DNA of 63,872 nt, counting the filler, from Aduncisulcus paluster (lineage: Eukaryota), in the NCBI GenBank assembly GCA_024181965.1. It is 6 parts of 6 records of this genome, joined end to end, with 100 filler letters (N's around TTAATTAATTAA, not from the genome) between each part and the next. Parts side by side here need not be neighbours in the genome. Positions count along the whole stretch, not along the records: positions 8,862 to 13,213 come from BQXS01011091.1; positions 13,314 to 38,045 come from BQXS01011092.1; 4 more parts are not named here. One strand, 5' to 3'. Below are positions 10,786 to 24,270 of the stretch, one piece after another. Under the pieces are notes generated by a model. That model had not been told where the DNA came from, ran no database searches, and saw only the letters and a list, made by a program, of their open reading frames with translations. The position numbers were made by a program, and so were the translations under genes. How positions within the stretch are numbered: the first letter of the stretch is position 1; each line of letters starts with the position of its first letter.

Positions 10786-11850
10786 ATGCAATTATCTGAG
10801 CTAAAATCACCTAAATCGCCTCTCTCCCGGGAAATGGTCCAAGTTTCCAAGAGTGAAGTGCTATCTTTGTTAATAATATCCAGAAAATTAAAGGAAAATT
10901 ATCCAAATGATCGAGATGTCTCGAAATTATATCATAGTTTGTCTGTGATCTCTGACAGTTGTCACAAATCCCCCTCTAAAGTTCCAAAATTAAGTGCATC
11001 TGATTTAAAAAGTCCAGAAGTCGAAAGTGGATCTCTTGAATCCCCACAATTAGATGGTATTTCTACTCGTACTCGTCGTCAAAGTGGGATTGCCAGTGCT
11101 ATCCTCGTCACTCCTCCAGCTCCCGTTAAAGGTCTCTCTCAACCTCCAGTAAGCTGTAAACCTGCTGGCAATAATGCTAATAATGATAATGAAGGAGTTG
11201 CTAGAACCCCATCTCAATCAAAAAGAGTATCAGTGATGATTGATAGCAAAGTGGTTGCTTCCTCGACTCACGATAATGGAAATGCAGTCGAAGAAGTTAC
11301 TCCATCTGTTCACTCAAAATATGATAAAAAACATACGAAAAATGATGAGGTTTTGGATCGTGGGAAAATGGCATTACTGAAGGCAAAACGTTTGCTTTCT
11401 CAGCACGGAGCCAAGACCCCAAGCAGCGGTCTTATTGTTGGCAAGAAAAGTAGCATTTCTGTGAGACCTGGGCGTCCATCTTCCTCAATGTCATATCGAC
11501 GTGGCAATCCAAAGACTCCCTCACAAACACATCGTTCAAGTGGAGGAACAGCAGGCCTTGGATCAGCAATGCCTTCTCGTCATGTCTCAACATCAATGCA
11601 TTCTGTATCAAGACAAACACCTCGCTCAACGAAAAGGGTTGTTGTGTCTTCTCATCAGACTCCTGGAGGAGGAAAACACAAACTCACTGCCTCATTTCAA
11701 AGATTATCTCGGCGTGGAGCTACATTAAGTAGTTGTCGAACGGTTTCGCTCGGATCTCGTCGTACTCCTGTATCATTATCAAGAACGCCTATGATGAGGG
11801 GTAATGAAGATTTTAGGAAGAGAAATGATCCAAGCGATCTTAAAAAATGA
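10786..11850 (+). CDS. Hypothetical Ser/Pro/Arg-rich low-complexity protein
   Basis: 354-aa ORF with many S/T-P motifs. Confidence 0.7.
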   Translation: MQLSELKSPKSPLSREMVQVSKSEVLSLLIISRKLKENYPNDRDVSKLYHSLSVISDSCHKSPSKVPKLSASDLKSPEVESGSLESPQLDGISTRTRRQSGIASAILVTPPAPVKGLSQPPVSCKPAGNNANNDNEGVARTPSQSKRVSVMIDSKVVASSTHDNGNAVEEVTPSVHSKYDKKHTKNDEVLDRGKMALLKAKRLLSQHGAKTPSSGLIVGKKSSISVRPGRPSSSMSYRRGNPKTPSQTHRSSGGTAGLGSAMPSRHVSTSMHSVSRQTPRSTKRVVVSSHQTPGGGKHKLTASFQRLSRRGATLSSCRTVSLGSRRTPVSLSRTPMMRGNEDFRKRNDPSDLKK

Positions 11851-12082
11851 ATAATTTTGTTTATTCTTCATTATTGATAATAGTTTTCTTTATTTATATG
11901 ACGGCAATAGTTGGAATAAACATGTCTGTTGGATGTTTGTTGGTTTATCAAAAGAAATAAATTAATTTTTAAATTCATATTGTTGTAAATAGATTATATG
12001 ATATTTGTTTGCCCATTTATTTATATGAATAGACTATGTTCCCCCGACTTATCTCCAATCAGCGCTTTTGGCTCACCTTCTG

Positions 12083-13213
12083 ATGTCTGACGCACCTACG
12101 GTTAAGAAAGGTGATCATCGTGATTCAAGAGAGATTATTATGAGTAATATCTTCCTCGAAGAGTATTACAAACATTTCCTTGGAGAAGAAGAGTTTTCCA
12201 AGTTAATGAAATCGTTGAGAACTCAATTACCTCAAACATTTAGAGTTAGTGAACTTAGTACTTATGGTAAGACTGGTGATGCTTTTGTTAAAGTCTTTGA
12301 TGAGACCTATGCCAAACCTATGGCTTCTCTCTTTTCTGATAAGGAATGGACAGAGAAACAGAAGAAAAAATTCTCAGATATTGATGTTTCACAATTGAAA
12401 GGTCCCTTTTCTCTGCCTTGGGCTCCCAACCAAAGAGTATGGCAGATAGATTGCTCCAAGACACTCATCCGTCGTCATCCTCATCTCAAGAGACTCCACC
12501 AAATTCTCACTTTGACTCATGATTTAGGTTTAATCACTCGTCAAGAGGCTGTTAGTATGCTCCCCCCAATGTTTTTGGATGTGAAGCCTGGACATTCTGT
12601 TCTTGACATGTGTGCTGCTCCTGGATCTAAAACCACTCAATTAATTGATTATTTACATAGTACTGGAACCCAAGAACAAGTTAGTCAAGGATTATTGATT
12701 GCGAATGATCTCGATTTGAAACGTTGTTATGTTTTACTTCACAATGCTCTCCGGGTGAAATCTCCTTTGTGTGTTGTGACAAACAACGATGCATCTGAGT
12801 ACCCTGATATCAATATTCCCACATCTGATGGGTCTACCTCCTTACTTCGTTTCGATCGTATCCTGTGCGATGTTCCTTGCAGTGGAGATGGAACTATCAG
12901 GAAATCACCAGATGTATGGTGGAGATGGTCTCCTCAACACGCATTCTCCTTGCACAAGATTCAGTTAAAGATCCTATTGCGTGCATGCCGTATGCTCAAG
13001 GTCGGTGGGCGTGTCGTGTATAGCACTTGCAGTATGAATGTTGTTGAGAATGAAGCCGTGGTGGCAGCTTGTCTCCGTGCCACTAAGGGTAGAATGAGAG
13101 TTGTTGATGCCAGTGGCACTCTTCCCGATCTTAAGAGAGCCAAAGGTCTCACTGATTGGGATTTGATGCTTACATTTGATAAGAACGATCTGGACAAAGC
13201 TGAAGAATCGGAT
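12083..13213 (+). CDS. NSUN2: tRNA (cytosine-5) methyltransferase, NSUN2/Trm4 family, 3'-truncated
   Basis: Motifs 'RQEAVSMLPP', 'VLDMCAAPGSKT', 'FDRILCDVPCSGDGT' and 'VYSTCSMN..ENEAVV'. First ATG is at 12083. Confidence 0.93.
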
Positions 13214-13994
13214 NNNNNNNNNNNNNNNNNNNNNNNNNNNNNNNNNNNNNNNNNNNNTTAATTAATTAANNNNNNNNNNNNNNNNNNNNNNNNNNNNNNN
13301 NNNNNNNNNNNNNGGATGAATTTCCAATCGGAATTTAATTTGTATATGCTCTCAGGGGGAAAAAAGAAATGGACGGAGTGTATTGTTCCTGATGTGATGG
13401 AAACCATATTATGTTAGTTGACTCCGCTGATATCAAAACCTCTGCAGGTAGAAAAGCTTTATTGGAGAATGTTACGAGTTTATTTGTCTCAAAGAATGTG
13501 GTAGAATTTTATCGAAGACTCGAGCAATGTATAAAATGGAGAATTCTCTCACGATGGATGCGTATTTGCGATACATTTAAAACTTTAAGAGCATCTCAAA
13601 GCAATTCGAAGGGCTGGTATCTCACAAAAGAGTGTTGACCAAGTTTATCAGTGGGTTATATACTGAGTCTTTAAGAAGTGCTGTAATGGCCAGTCTGGAT
13701 GAAAAAGATAAAGAAGAGGATCTGAAAATTGGGTTGCGAGCAAGTTTATTAGTGTAAGAATATTCAAAGGGTCAGGTTCCCTGCATATCAATCTCCCTGA
13801 CATTATTTTATTTCAGTAATAACTTAAATAAAAAAAAAACATCGAAAACGCTCCAGCATTGGTTTTCATTTGAGCGATATTTGGCAAGATTAAAATCCAA
13901 TTTATGTCTCCCATCACTATACTTGATACAATCACTTACACCACCACTACTGGTCAGTAACCTCATACACTAGAGGAAGTGAAACACGTCATTC

Positions 13995-14300
13995 ATAGAA
14001 AAGCTGGAGCATTGTTTGCGTGGTTGCAAATTTACAGTATTCACTGACCATCGGAATTTACTAGCTATGGAAAGAGCTGTTGCTCAATAATAAACTAAGC
14101 CAAATTTATTGTTTATACAGATGGATTGATGATCTATAAATAGAATCATATGAGAATCATGACAAGAGCTAAATCTCCAAAGGTTCAAAGATGGCACTTA
14201 TTTTTGAGAGATTTCGATTTTGAAGTGGTACATGTTGCTGTAAAAGATAGTGTTGTCCCGGATGCATTGTCAAGAGTTGGTTATGAGGAATTAAGAACAT
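13995..14300 (+). mobile_element. Decayed Ty3/Gypsy RNase H fragments
   Basis: 'LEHCLRGCKFTVFTDHRNL' (~14004-14060) and 'KSPKVQRWHLFLRDFDFEVVHV..VVPDALSR' match the intact pol at 17334. Confidence 0.75.
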
Positions 14301-15964
14301 TGATAACGATTGAAAATAATGAATTGTTTACTAAGGTCATGGAAAACTCATTTCAGAGTGGAAATCAAGAAAGATCATTCTGGAAGTCAGCAACGAACTG
14401 GGACCAAGACTCGGTCGTGATCTGATCGAGAAAAGGTTGTATAATTTCCTCGGATAAAAGACGCTTTGAGATCATATAATATAATAATAGTTCAATAATA
14501 TTATTGTCGAATACTTTTTAAATCAAATTTATAAAAAAATTATTAAAATAAAACGTGACTCTTATCTAAAAATAGATCATGAGAATCTAACACTGGGGTG
14601 GATTTGCTTCCTTTCAATGTCCGGTGCTTTTACCGCACAGTTATTTCCCAAAGAAAAACTCACATCCCACCTTATACGTAAATTGAGTGAACTTAAGGTT
14701 GATAAATCTAATCTTAAGTTTTATTATTACTGATCGAGAGCCACTCATGGAGAGAGTTGCATGTGATTTAGTCGCTGAAATCAGAAGACCGGGATTTACC
14801 CCAATTCGATGGAGGTTTTCATGCCTTTTGCATAATATGGTATTTTTGCATGATTTCCAACGCAGGCTCACCAATAAGTACCAGAAAACGAGTTCGAAAA
14901 CATCTTGGGAACAAAGTTAAAGAAAGGGTGGTGTATGCTGTTCTCTTCGGCAAACACAAATGCCCAGAGAAAACCGAGTTTTTTCGGAAAAGATTGGGAG
15001 AAGAACAAGACAATATGGAGGCTACAACAGTCAAATTCTGGGCCACACACCTTTTTGGTACAAAAACAAAGATTATCAGAGAAAGAATGGAGAGAGCTTC
15101 TCTATTATGCCATATGGCATCACGGGCCATAGAATTGGCACAATTGGCAACAAAAATGCATGATAGGTTCTTAAATCAATATTTATTGGCTTGAGGTTAT
15201 TGTGGACATTATTACGAAAAGAAAAAGGGAAAGAAAAAGGACTTCACTGCACAATTGTCAACAAAAATGCCTTATAAGCTTTTAAACCAATATTCTTTTG
15301 AGGCCGTAGTGGACGTTATAACGAAAAGAGAAATGGAGAGAAAAAGGACCTCGGTATAAACGAAGAGGAAGAAAATGTGATTGATATTTGGAAGAAGAAG
15401 ATCGCCTCCAGTCCATTTTCTAACTTAAGTACTTCCATATCCGTAACAAAAGGGATTTCATATCAAATCCAGCAATATGCCAGGCGCTGGGCCGTAGCGG
15501 CGAAACGACTACAAGGAAAGATTCCGATATGTCACTTGTCGACAAGACATTTCCCAGTGAAAAACAGTCAAAAAACTAACATGCCGAAACAATTGAAAGG
15601 CAAATTAAAAGGTTCCAAAGGAAATACTCTACTACTAAAGCAAATGTACATGTCACGACTGACGGCGTTTCGGCCTCTGTGACCATTTACAGCAAGGCAG
15701 TGACAACTGGCACTGTTGGTTGTTCGGTGATTTCTTGGGATGGCCTAAACACCAAGCGACTTTCGTATTCTTGTACTAAGAATACAATTCTGATAAAACA
15801 GCCAAAAATCCATAGACCAGCTCCTTCTATTAATCAAATTTCATTTAAGCATTTATCATCAGAAGAGTACGAGAAGTGTTGGATCTTCTCACCAGTCTAT
15901 TTATAGATCACTGTTTAGCCGGCCTTTTATTAGTAAATTTGACGCAACCATTACAATATTAATA

Positions 15965-16300
15965 TTGAAAATGGCAAAAAATTCTTCTGTGTTAATAGTT
16001 ATTACCGCAGAAAAAGCTCAGAAGCATTTTAACATACATCCAATTTGTTATACTCCTCTTCGCTGGTCCAGTTCTATTGAAACTCTACAAACCATATATG
16101 ATGATTGGGAGAAATATCGCAACGAATTTAAATTTATGGCCGATTCCCCACAAAAGACAACTTTGATTAGATATTTCCACAACAAGCAATTGAAGTCTAC
16201 TCTTAAATTTTTATCCGAGCACCTGTTCCCAATTGCAAGATTAACAATGAAAGTATTACAGTTTGATTCAAATGATTTAAATGTTTATTATGTTTTAAAA
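15965..16300 (+). mobile_element. hAT-like transposase relic
   Basis: 'TPLRWSSSIETLQTIYDDW...FLSEHLFPIARLTMKVLQFD' resembles the hAT RW-S block and the downstream LQ motif. Confidence 0.5.
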
Positions 16301-16396
16301 CATTACTCAAGTCTAGGGGGGATCAAAAACGTGGCCAGAGTTAGTGGATTCTGTTATTCTAACACTAATCTCAGATTTATCCAAGGTTACCAACTT

Positions 16397-16500
16397 TAAG
16401 AACATGGTGTTTCGAAAGTTCCGTTATCTGAGCGTATCACATCAGGGAAACCGTAGCGAAGAAAAATGGCTTCAAAATATGTTTGAACAATTGTATTTAT
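16397..16500 (-). mobile_element. Integrase core fragment
   Basis: Minus strand reads 'TIVQTYFEAIFLRYGFPDVIRSDNG'. Confidence 0.7.
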
Positions 16501-16559
16501 AGTATGGGATGTGCACGGTATCCATGGTCTATTGTATCCATACGCTTGCAATTCTTTCG

Positions 16560-17100
16560 ATGACACTCTTCATCAGTGGTTATCGATCGGTAATAAATGA
16601 AGAGATATTCGATTCTTTAATCCCCAATTCAATAAATTTATCTCTTAGAAATCGGGCTAATGATTCAGTTGGGGTTGGTAAAGTTCTTTCAATCTGATCT
16701 GGGAAACACGCTAAAACCCAAGTTATGTTCCTAATTATTGTTGAAATTTTCTCATTGGCTCGAATAGTGCCTTATTTTTTTTCAGCTCGTCGTTCTTCAT
16801 AATTTCATGAGCCATTTGATTTTTGAAGGAAGTCGAATCTCTTTTTTGAATGCACCAAAATACAATTCATCCTTCTTTTTTTCAATATTAATGTAATCAA
16901 TGGCGTAAGTGCCCGTTTTGTTTTTAATAAGTATCCCTAAAAGATTTTTCCCACATGTTCGGCATTTGTCCATTATTATCGAATATTGTCCACATAATTG
17001 TGATTTAATCAATTCTTCTTTATAGGATAAAGTTACTCTATGCAGTGAATCATATAATGTCGATGGATGAAGTCTAATTGGGTCTGCGAATAAAATAATA
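16560..17100 (-). mobile_element. DNA-transposase relic (hAT-like N-terminal catalytic part)
   Basis: 'QYSIIMDKCRTCGKNLLGILI' and 'KFIELGIKESNISSFITD' resemble the first and second Asp motifs of hAT transposases. Confidence 0.4.
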
Positions 17101-20100
17101 AATTTAATCAACAAGGTAATGCTCGTGTAGCAAGGAGGAGTAAAGAGATCAGTAAGTACCTGCCACAGATTGAACGAGAATGTCTTGATGGACTTCTTGA
17201 ACTCCGTAATTCGTGGGGTGGTCCTGCTCTCAGAATTTACTCTCCTGCTTGGAAGGACGAAGCATACACGTGTGCGTGTCAGCGTGCAGACTATGCTCGA
17301 CATTGTGAAGAACTTGGCGAGAAACGTGTTGAAGTGGCCTATGGAAAGCGTAGAGCTGCTAGTCCAAAAGCTTCAGTGAATGTAATTGGTGTGAATAAGG
17401 ATCGTAGTCCTGTGAAAAGGGAAGAGCCTTCTTTGAAGAGAATGGTGCCTCTAGAACGTGAAGTTCTGCAACAAGAAGCAGAAATGTGGGCAAGTCCTTC
17501 TCCGGAACATGGACCACATATTCAAGAAGACGATGTCCAAACGATGAAGGATAAGGAAACTAATCAGATGGATAATATTATGCTGATTGATGGTGTGTTA
17601 GAACAGACTGAATGGCAGGGTCGGTCCAGTGGTACGGGTGTGACAGCTGAAAAATGGCCAATTGAGTGCCTCACTGGTGAACAACCGTTCAATGCTCGAA
17701 AGCCTGACATGGTGTCAAATTGGTACCCTGGAATCCCCAGTTGTGAGGTGGTCTATCATGAACTTGAACCAGATGGTGGTGCTTATGATTTCGACAAGAA
17801 AGTGGTTGCTGAAAACGCGAAAGTGTTGTCAGAAAAGCCTGTGGTACATTGTATGGCGATGTCTTCTGGTGATGACAAAGACTCTGGTGTTGTAACGGTT
17901 CGTGTGACGATCCTGAGCTCTGGAAGTTCGAAACAAGTGAAGTGTTTATTTGATACTGGTTCCGATATTTCCCTGATTAGTGAGTCGTGGCTCAGAAAAG
18001 TTGGTTATCGAGTTGATGGAAGCAAAGATGGAATTCCTGCTGGAAAAGCTGCTCGTCTCTTCGATAATGCTGTTGTCAAAGCTGATAAACCTTTGGTGAT
18101 AACAGTATTTGGTGGTGGTCAAGTCAAAGCAACTCATTATATTGTGTTGAAAACTCGGATAATGCGTGGTGAGGGACGAAACAAGAATCAGTATACGACT
18201 TTTTGTGGTTATATAACTTATTGGTTATCATCTTGGTTGGGAAGAGAAATTCCTTTGATCATTGGTCGTGATGGGATGTCAGTGATGAAGCTGAATCTCG
18301 ATGTGATTGACATGAGAGCTTGGCGTACATCTAGTGATCACACGAAGGAGATCGAGTCTGTGTTGAAGCAACTAACAGATAAGGTGAAATCTGGTGATAT
18401 GGTGGAGACTGATGATCAGTCAAAAGATGATAAAGTGATGGATCTTGGTGATGATCCAAGAGTTCAAGCGACTTTTCAAGTCATGGGTGACGACATTGCT
18501 GAAAAAGTGGACGACGTGGTTCGTGAAATGGAAACTGTAACTGTTAATGACATTAAGAAATTCGGGAGCTCTGTTGCAAGAGTAAACGAAACTAAATGTT
18601 ATTTGCGGTTGATAGTGGCAATGTTAAAGTCGGTTGATGGTTTATTTGGTGGGCTGGACTCATGTCCTGCGAACGTTGGGAAGTTCAGAATTGATCTGAC
18701 GAGTCCTGATGTTGTGGTAAGTGAGCCGTTTCGGAGGATAAGGCGTGACTGGGCCCAAGAGATATATCAGCAGTTGCTGGAAATGGAAAGAAAGAAGGTC
18801 ATCCGACCCAGCACGAATGAGTATCACTGTGCAACTGTGATCGTCCCAAAGAAAAACGGAAAGTTGAGGCTTTGCGTGGATTATCGTCCTCTGAACAAGG
18901 TGACAAAAGGTATGGGGCAGGTGCTTCCTGTTATTGACGATTTGTTTCAATTACTTGGTGGAACAAAATATTATGCAGTGCTTGATTTGACAAGTGGATA
19001 CTGGCAGATTGAAGTCGAAGAATCCAGTAAGAAGTTCACGAGTTTTGTGACACAATTTGGTCAATACGAGTTTAATAGACTCCCCTTTGGACTGAAGAAT
19101 GCACCCCCATTCTTTCAGGAGTGCATGAATAGGGTATTGACTGGATTGATTGGTATGGTATGCTGTGTGTATCTAGATGATATAATTGTGTTCTCTGATA
19201 CAATGATGGGGCTCTTAGTGAGTTTATTGGCGGTCTTAATAAGACTTGAACAGTTTAACTTGAAGGTTAACCTGGAAAAGACAATTATTGGTGCAAAGGA
19301 AGTCGAATTCCTTGGTTTCATGATAAGTGAAGATGGAATTCGTCGGAGTCCTAAGAAACTGGAGGCCCTGAAGAAATTCAAGAGGCTAAGAAATGTCAGT
19401 GATGTGAGAAGTTTTCTGGGGACTGCAAACTATTTGAAGAAGTTCATCCCAAAGTATGCTGAGAAAGTGAAACCACTGACAGCTATGGTGGGTAAACATG
19501 GTGTATTTAAGTGGACTGATGAAGTCAAGAAGGCCATCAGTGTAGTAACTCAAGACTTGGAGAATGGGTTGTGCCTCGAGTTCCCTCGTCCTGATGCGGA
19601 ATTGCATTTGTATACTGATGCAAGTTTATGTGGAATTGGTGGTGTGTTGGTGCAGTTCGATCCTAAGGATATAAAACGTGAAAATCCTGGTATTGTCGAA
19701 TTCCTGAGCAGGACATTGTCGGCTCAAGAGCAGAATCAGACTACGACCGAACGTGAAGCCTTAGCTGTGTTCTTCTGCATATGCAAGTGTGAGTTTCATC
19801 TTCGTGGAAGGAAATTCTGGGTGCACACTGACCATAAGAACTTGAAATGGATTCAGAACACGAAGAGTGCAAAGGTGGAAAGATGGAGAACGTACTTGAG
19901 TGACTTTGAGTTCGAACTCGAGTATATTACTGGTGCAAAGAATGTGGTGGCAGATGCGTTGTCGCGTATTGGTCATCTACCCAAACCATTGAAGCCTGGT
20001 GAAAAAGTTAAAGCTTTAAGTAATGATGAAGCTGATGCTGAGATATTGAAATGGAGACCGGAACATGTTGAAGCGAGGGCCACTCCATTGGTTGGTGAAT

Positions 20101-21869
20101 ATCCTGATATTGAAGTTCGTGATTCGATGATCACAAGAAAAGCTGGTGAAGACTTTACTCCTGTGGTAGTAACCTACTTGAAGGCTGGTGAACAATTGTT
20201 ATCTCCTGGTGCTCATGACTCTGATGAGAAATGGATTGAAAAGATCAGGAAGAGCCAAAGGAAGTATATGTCGAGCGTGGTGTTTAAAGATAAAGACGAC
20301 GATTTCTTGGCTGAAGTCGACGGTAAATTGGTGATCCCCGATAATGATCATGAATTGGTGACCGAGATCATGACTGCTGTGCATGATGACCCTCTTGCTG
20401 GTCACGTGGGTATTTCGAAGATGCTTGAAGGTATCAGAAATAATGGAATCTACATTCGAAATGCACACATTTATGCAAAGGAACATGTAGATAAGTGTTT
20501 AATTTGTCAACGACTGAGAGCTCGTTTATTGGTGAGACGAATGATGAAAAGCACTTCGAATAGTCAACCTTTTGATACTGTGGCGGTAGATACAGTTGGT
20601 CCAATCATGGTGAGTAACAGTGGAAATCGGTATTTGGTGGTTATGGTGGACATGTTTACTCGTTGGACTGAGATCGTCCCAACACAGACAAAAGAGGCTG
20701 TTGATGCAGCTCAGGCGTTGATAGATGGCATTTTCGGTCGATTTGGACTGCCGCGGGTGATCCAAAGTGATCGTGGTGGTGAATATGTCAATGGTGTAAT
20801 CCGTGAGTTGTATACTCGCTTGGGTATAACTCAGCACAAAGTGTTGGCTGCTCGTCCTCAAGCAAATGGTATGGTGGAACGTGCAAACCAAGAAGTTATC
20901 AGACATATTCGCATTGCGTTGGCAATGATTGGCTATAAAGATGACTGGGAACATGCAATTCCGATGGCCCAGTATGTTATCAATACAACAAAAAATCGAA
21001 TGACTGGTGTCTCTCCTTACGAAGCTTTATTTGGTCAAATTCACAAACCAACTCGTGGAAGCTTGTTGAAGTGGAAAGATAAGGAAGGAAAATCTGATGT
21101 TGATATTGATGATATTGGTGACGATGAACTCATGAATGAGTATGTGAAACTGTTGAAGCAGGATGTGTCTTTAATTCATTCGGTGATGAAGAAAGCAAAT
21201 GAAGAAGCAACACTGAAGCGGGATAAAAAGATAGCTCCAGCAGTTGATGCCTTCAACAAACAAGTGGAAAAACGATTAATTCATGGTGTTCAGATTGAGC
21301 GTCTTGGTGCTGACGATGGTCCTGCAAGAACACGTTTGGTGTACACTCCTGGAAGTTTTGTGATGTTAAAACCCAGAACAAAAGTATCACACAAGTTCTC
21401 GTCGAGACTTATTGGTCCTTGGTTGGTCGAGAAGCATAATGTTGAAACGGAAACATTGACTTTGCGAAACATCAATGACGACTCTGTGACCAAAGTTGCA
21501 GCTGACGTGGTGGTGCCTTTCGATGATTCTCATGCGACATGGGAAGAGATGAAAGCAGCAGCAACTATGGATAAAGAAGATTATATCGTCGAGGAAATCT
21601 TAAGCCATACACGGAATAGTGGAGGAAGATTTGCTGAGAAAGACAGATATTTATTTGAAGTGAAGTGGTTAGGTTATGACAAGACTGATATGCAGCCGTG
21701 GAATAACTTGGTGGGCAATACTAGTTTCGTTCAGTATTGTAAGAAAGACAAGAAACTTAAAGCTTTGTTTCTTGATAAGAAGAAAGGGCGTAACACACGT
21801 GGTAGAAAGAAGAAAGATTGGCAGGAAGAAGAAAGTGAAGAGACTAGTGATGAGTCTTATCGTGGTTGA
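17094..21869 (+). mobile_element. pol: Ty3/Gypsy chromovirus-type polyprotein: protease, RT, RNase H, integrase, chromodomain; gag 5' part missing
   Basis: Frame is open from 17094. LFDTGS (protease), LCVDYR/YLDD (RT), YTDAS/TDHKNL (RNase H), H-x6-H...C-x2-C, VDTVG/QSDRG/NGMVE (integrase), GPW, and YIVEEILSH..VKWLGY (chromodomain). Confidence 0.97.
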
Positions 21870-23847
21870 GTCTTTCTGTGTTGAAATGTGGTTTATTAAA
21901 TTGACATCATGACATGATGTGATGAATATTTTGAAGAGTATTTCGTTTTACTCGTTGGAGTAAATGGAATAAGTTGTTGCTTAAATTATATTTTGGTGTC
22001 GATTGAGTGGATACTTGATTGATAATGGATAAACGTTGCTGCGGATATCATATGTGGAATAAGTTGTTGCTTAAATAATTTTTTTCTGTTGGTTTAGATG
22101 TATAAATCATATCTTCATCATGGCCGGATGAGCTGAAGATAATCAAGTGGTGCTTTTTCATATCATGGATCTCGGTTTAATCGTATCCAAAAACATTATA
22201 TGAGTAGTGATGATTCTTTTGAAGGATAGATGTGAATCTTGGTGACGATCAAGTGGTTTATTACATTGGAATCGGATCGTAATTGATTTCTCAGTAATGA
22301 TTGTGGTGTCTAAGTTCGATGGATGAAAGCACGTAATATGTTCTTGGTGATTCTTTGGGTGAAGTATTGTGTACTTGTTATGATTATAATACATATTGGT
22401 GAACGGTAAATGGAAATCTTACACGAATACTGATTTTCATTCCTGAATGGAGCATGATTGTGGTCATGAAGCTCAACATTTTGATGAATGTTTCACTTCG
22501 AAAAAAGAAGGAGCTGGAGGTTGGAATGAATATTCGAGAAGATTTAAAGTATGATTGGAGTCATAAACGGAATATATGGACTTTATTGGGTGCTTGAAGG
22601 TACTCAGTATAGTGATGTGGTGTAAAGTCGATCTCAGGGGTGTCGAAGCACAGCGGATACTTGAAGGTAGTGGTTTGGTGTTGGTGGACACTTGGTGTTT
22701 TGGTGTAAATAGTGTTCTTTTTATCCAGAAGAGCTGGTTTTGGAACAAATTGTGGTTGGTTGTTGCTGATCTATGCGGTCGGTTGTTGCTGATCTATTTC
22801 CTGATGTTCACTTGGTGAACTAAAGTACGTGCAAAACGAATGGTGAGAACATCAGATGATGACATTGGTATGATTGCTCGTGTTTCCCTGAAAATGAAGG
22901 TGGCTGAGCCTCGGGTTTGGAGCAGATTGGGTGAAAGGGTTTTTCCCACAGGGTTTCCCTTAGTGTCGAGATCGCAATGATTTGGGAAATGTTGTTGCAT
23001 TATGGTGGTGATGTTGAAGCATTTGGGTGATCAGCATATGGTGGTGTTACGCATACGACGGTTATACACATCATGGACGATGCATCTGGGGAATGTCGCG
23101 CCTCTGGATGTTGTTACGTCTCATGAGTTGTAACTAAGACTGAGTTGTGGTGATTATGGTCTTTGCTATTGTAGTAACAAAGAAGAATGGACCGGTTGAA
23201 GCCGAGAATACAGCTTATATGTGGTGAACTCAGTGACTGTTGGACATTTATCTCCATGAAGAGTTTGGTTTGACAGTTATGGTGTTGGAAAGGATGAGAA
23301 GTTTTATCTCTGAGAAGAGTTTTTGTCTCACCTTAATACTCGCATGTACAGTGTGTGGTGTCGGATGTTGAAGCATCTCGAATGTGGTGTGGTCTGGGTT
23401 GTGTGATCCTTTGAAACGTGGATTGCCCAGTAGTGGTGCTTGGAGCTGTGGGTTTTATTTCCAACGGTGTGGTTTTCCCATATGGAGCTCGTGGTGCGTG
23501 AGTTTACTGCCCTAGTGGTGCACATGGGGTTCTCACGTCGTATGATTGTGGTCATACGTATAATAGGTCGGATTTTTCCCTTGATCCTATCAAGGTTTTG
23601 TCTGGTCTTGCACTCAGTGCAAGACTTGCAGAGATGGTTGAAGTGCATTTGATGATGCACATCACGATCATCTGCGTTTAATTTTTGAAGAAGAGTGATC
23701 GCTTCGCAGTTTGATCAGCTACGCTTAAATGATAATAGATATGAGATAGTTTAATGTCAATGCTTGAGAATTTTCTTTGGTGTTCAGTCTCTGTGGTGTT
23801 TGTGGTGTTCGTGCTTGCAAGCAACCCCTCGAAAGGAAAGAGCTGGG

Positions 23848-24053
23848 TGTGGTGACTGTTTTAAAATTCTGCTAACATTAACATATTTCTATTTATAAAA
23901 TTATATTTATTTATTATTTATATTTTATTCGTTATTTTATTTGATATTATTAATATTTTATCATTTATATTTCGACTCACTCCGATCGCTCGGATTCTAA
24001 TAAATTGGGTTACGTTTAACGTTAATCATCGGTATTCCCAAGGTAATACCACA
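23848..24053 (+). repeat. Putative 206-bp 3' LTR of the 17094 element; PPT at 23831-23847
   Basis: GAAAGGAAAGAGCTGGG is followed by TGTGGT...ACCACA (6-bp inverted termini). The GT-rich composition ends at this point. Confidence 0.75.
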
Positions 24054-24106
24054 CCTCCTTTCGCAAATTTTTTTATATTGTTCTAGCATCGATTTCCACC
24101 AAATCT

Positions 24107-24270
24107 TTGTATATCGAATTGGAGACAATTTATTCCAGATTATTTCTCGATGAATTGTGCACGAAATTAAGAGAATATTCAGGAAGAAAAATATCGGTCA
24201 GTCAAATGCATACTTTTCTGCATTGTGCCTTAGGATACGCAAGGAGAAAGATAACAGCTCATAGTAAACA
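24107..24270 (+). mobile_element. Tc1/IS630-like transposase HTH relic
   Basis: 'LFLDELCTKLREYSGRKISVSQMHTFLHCALGYARRKIT' is a typical second HTH of IS630/Tc1 transposases. Confidence 0.6.

Noticed and set aside
15138-15350. ~110-bp degenerate tandem duplication
   Set aside because: Two diverged copies inside TE debris with no assignable function.
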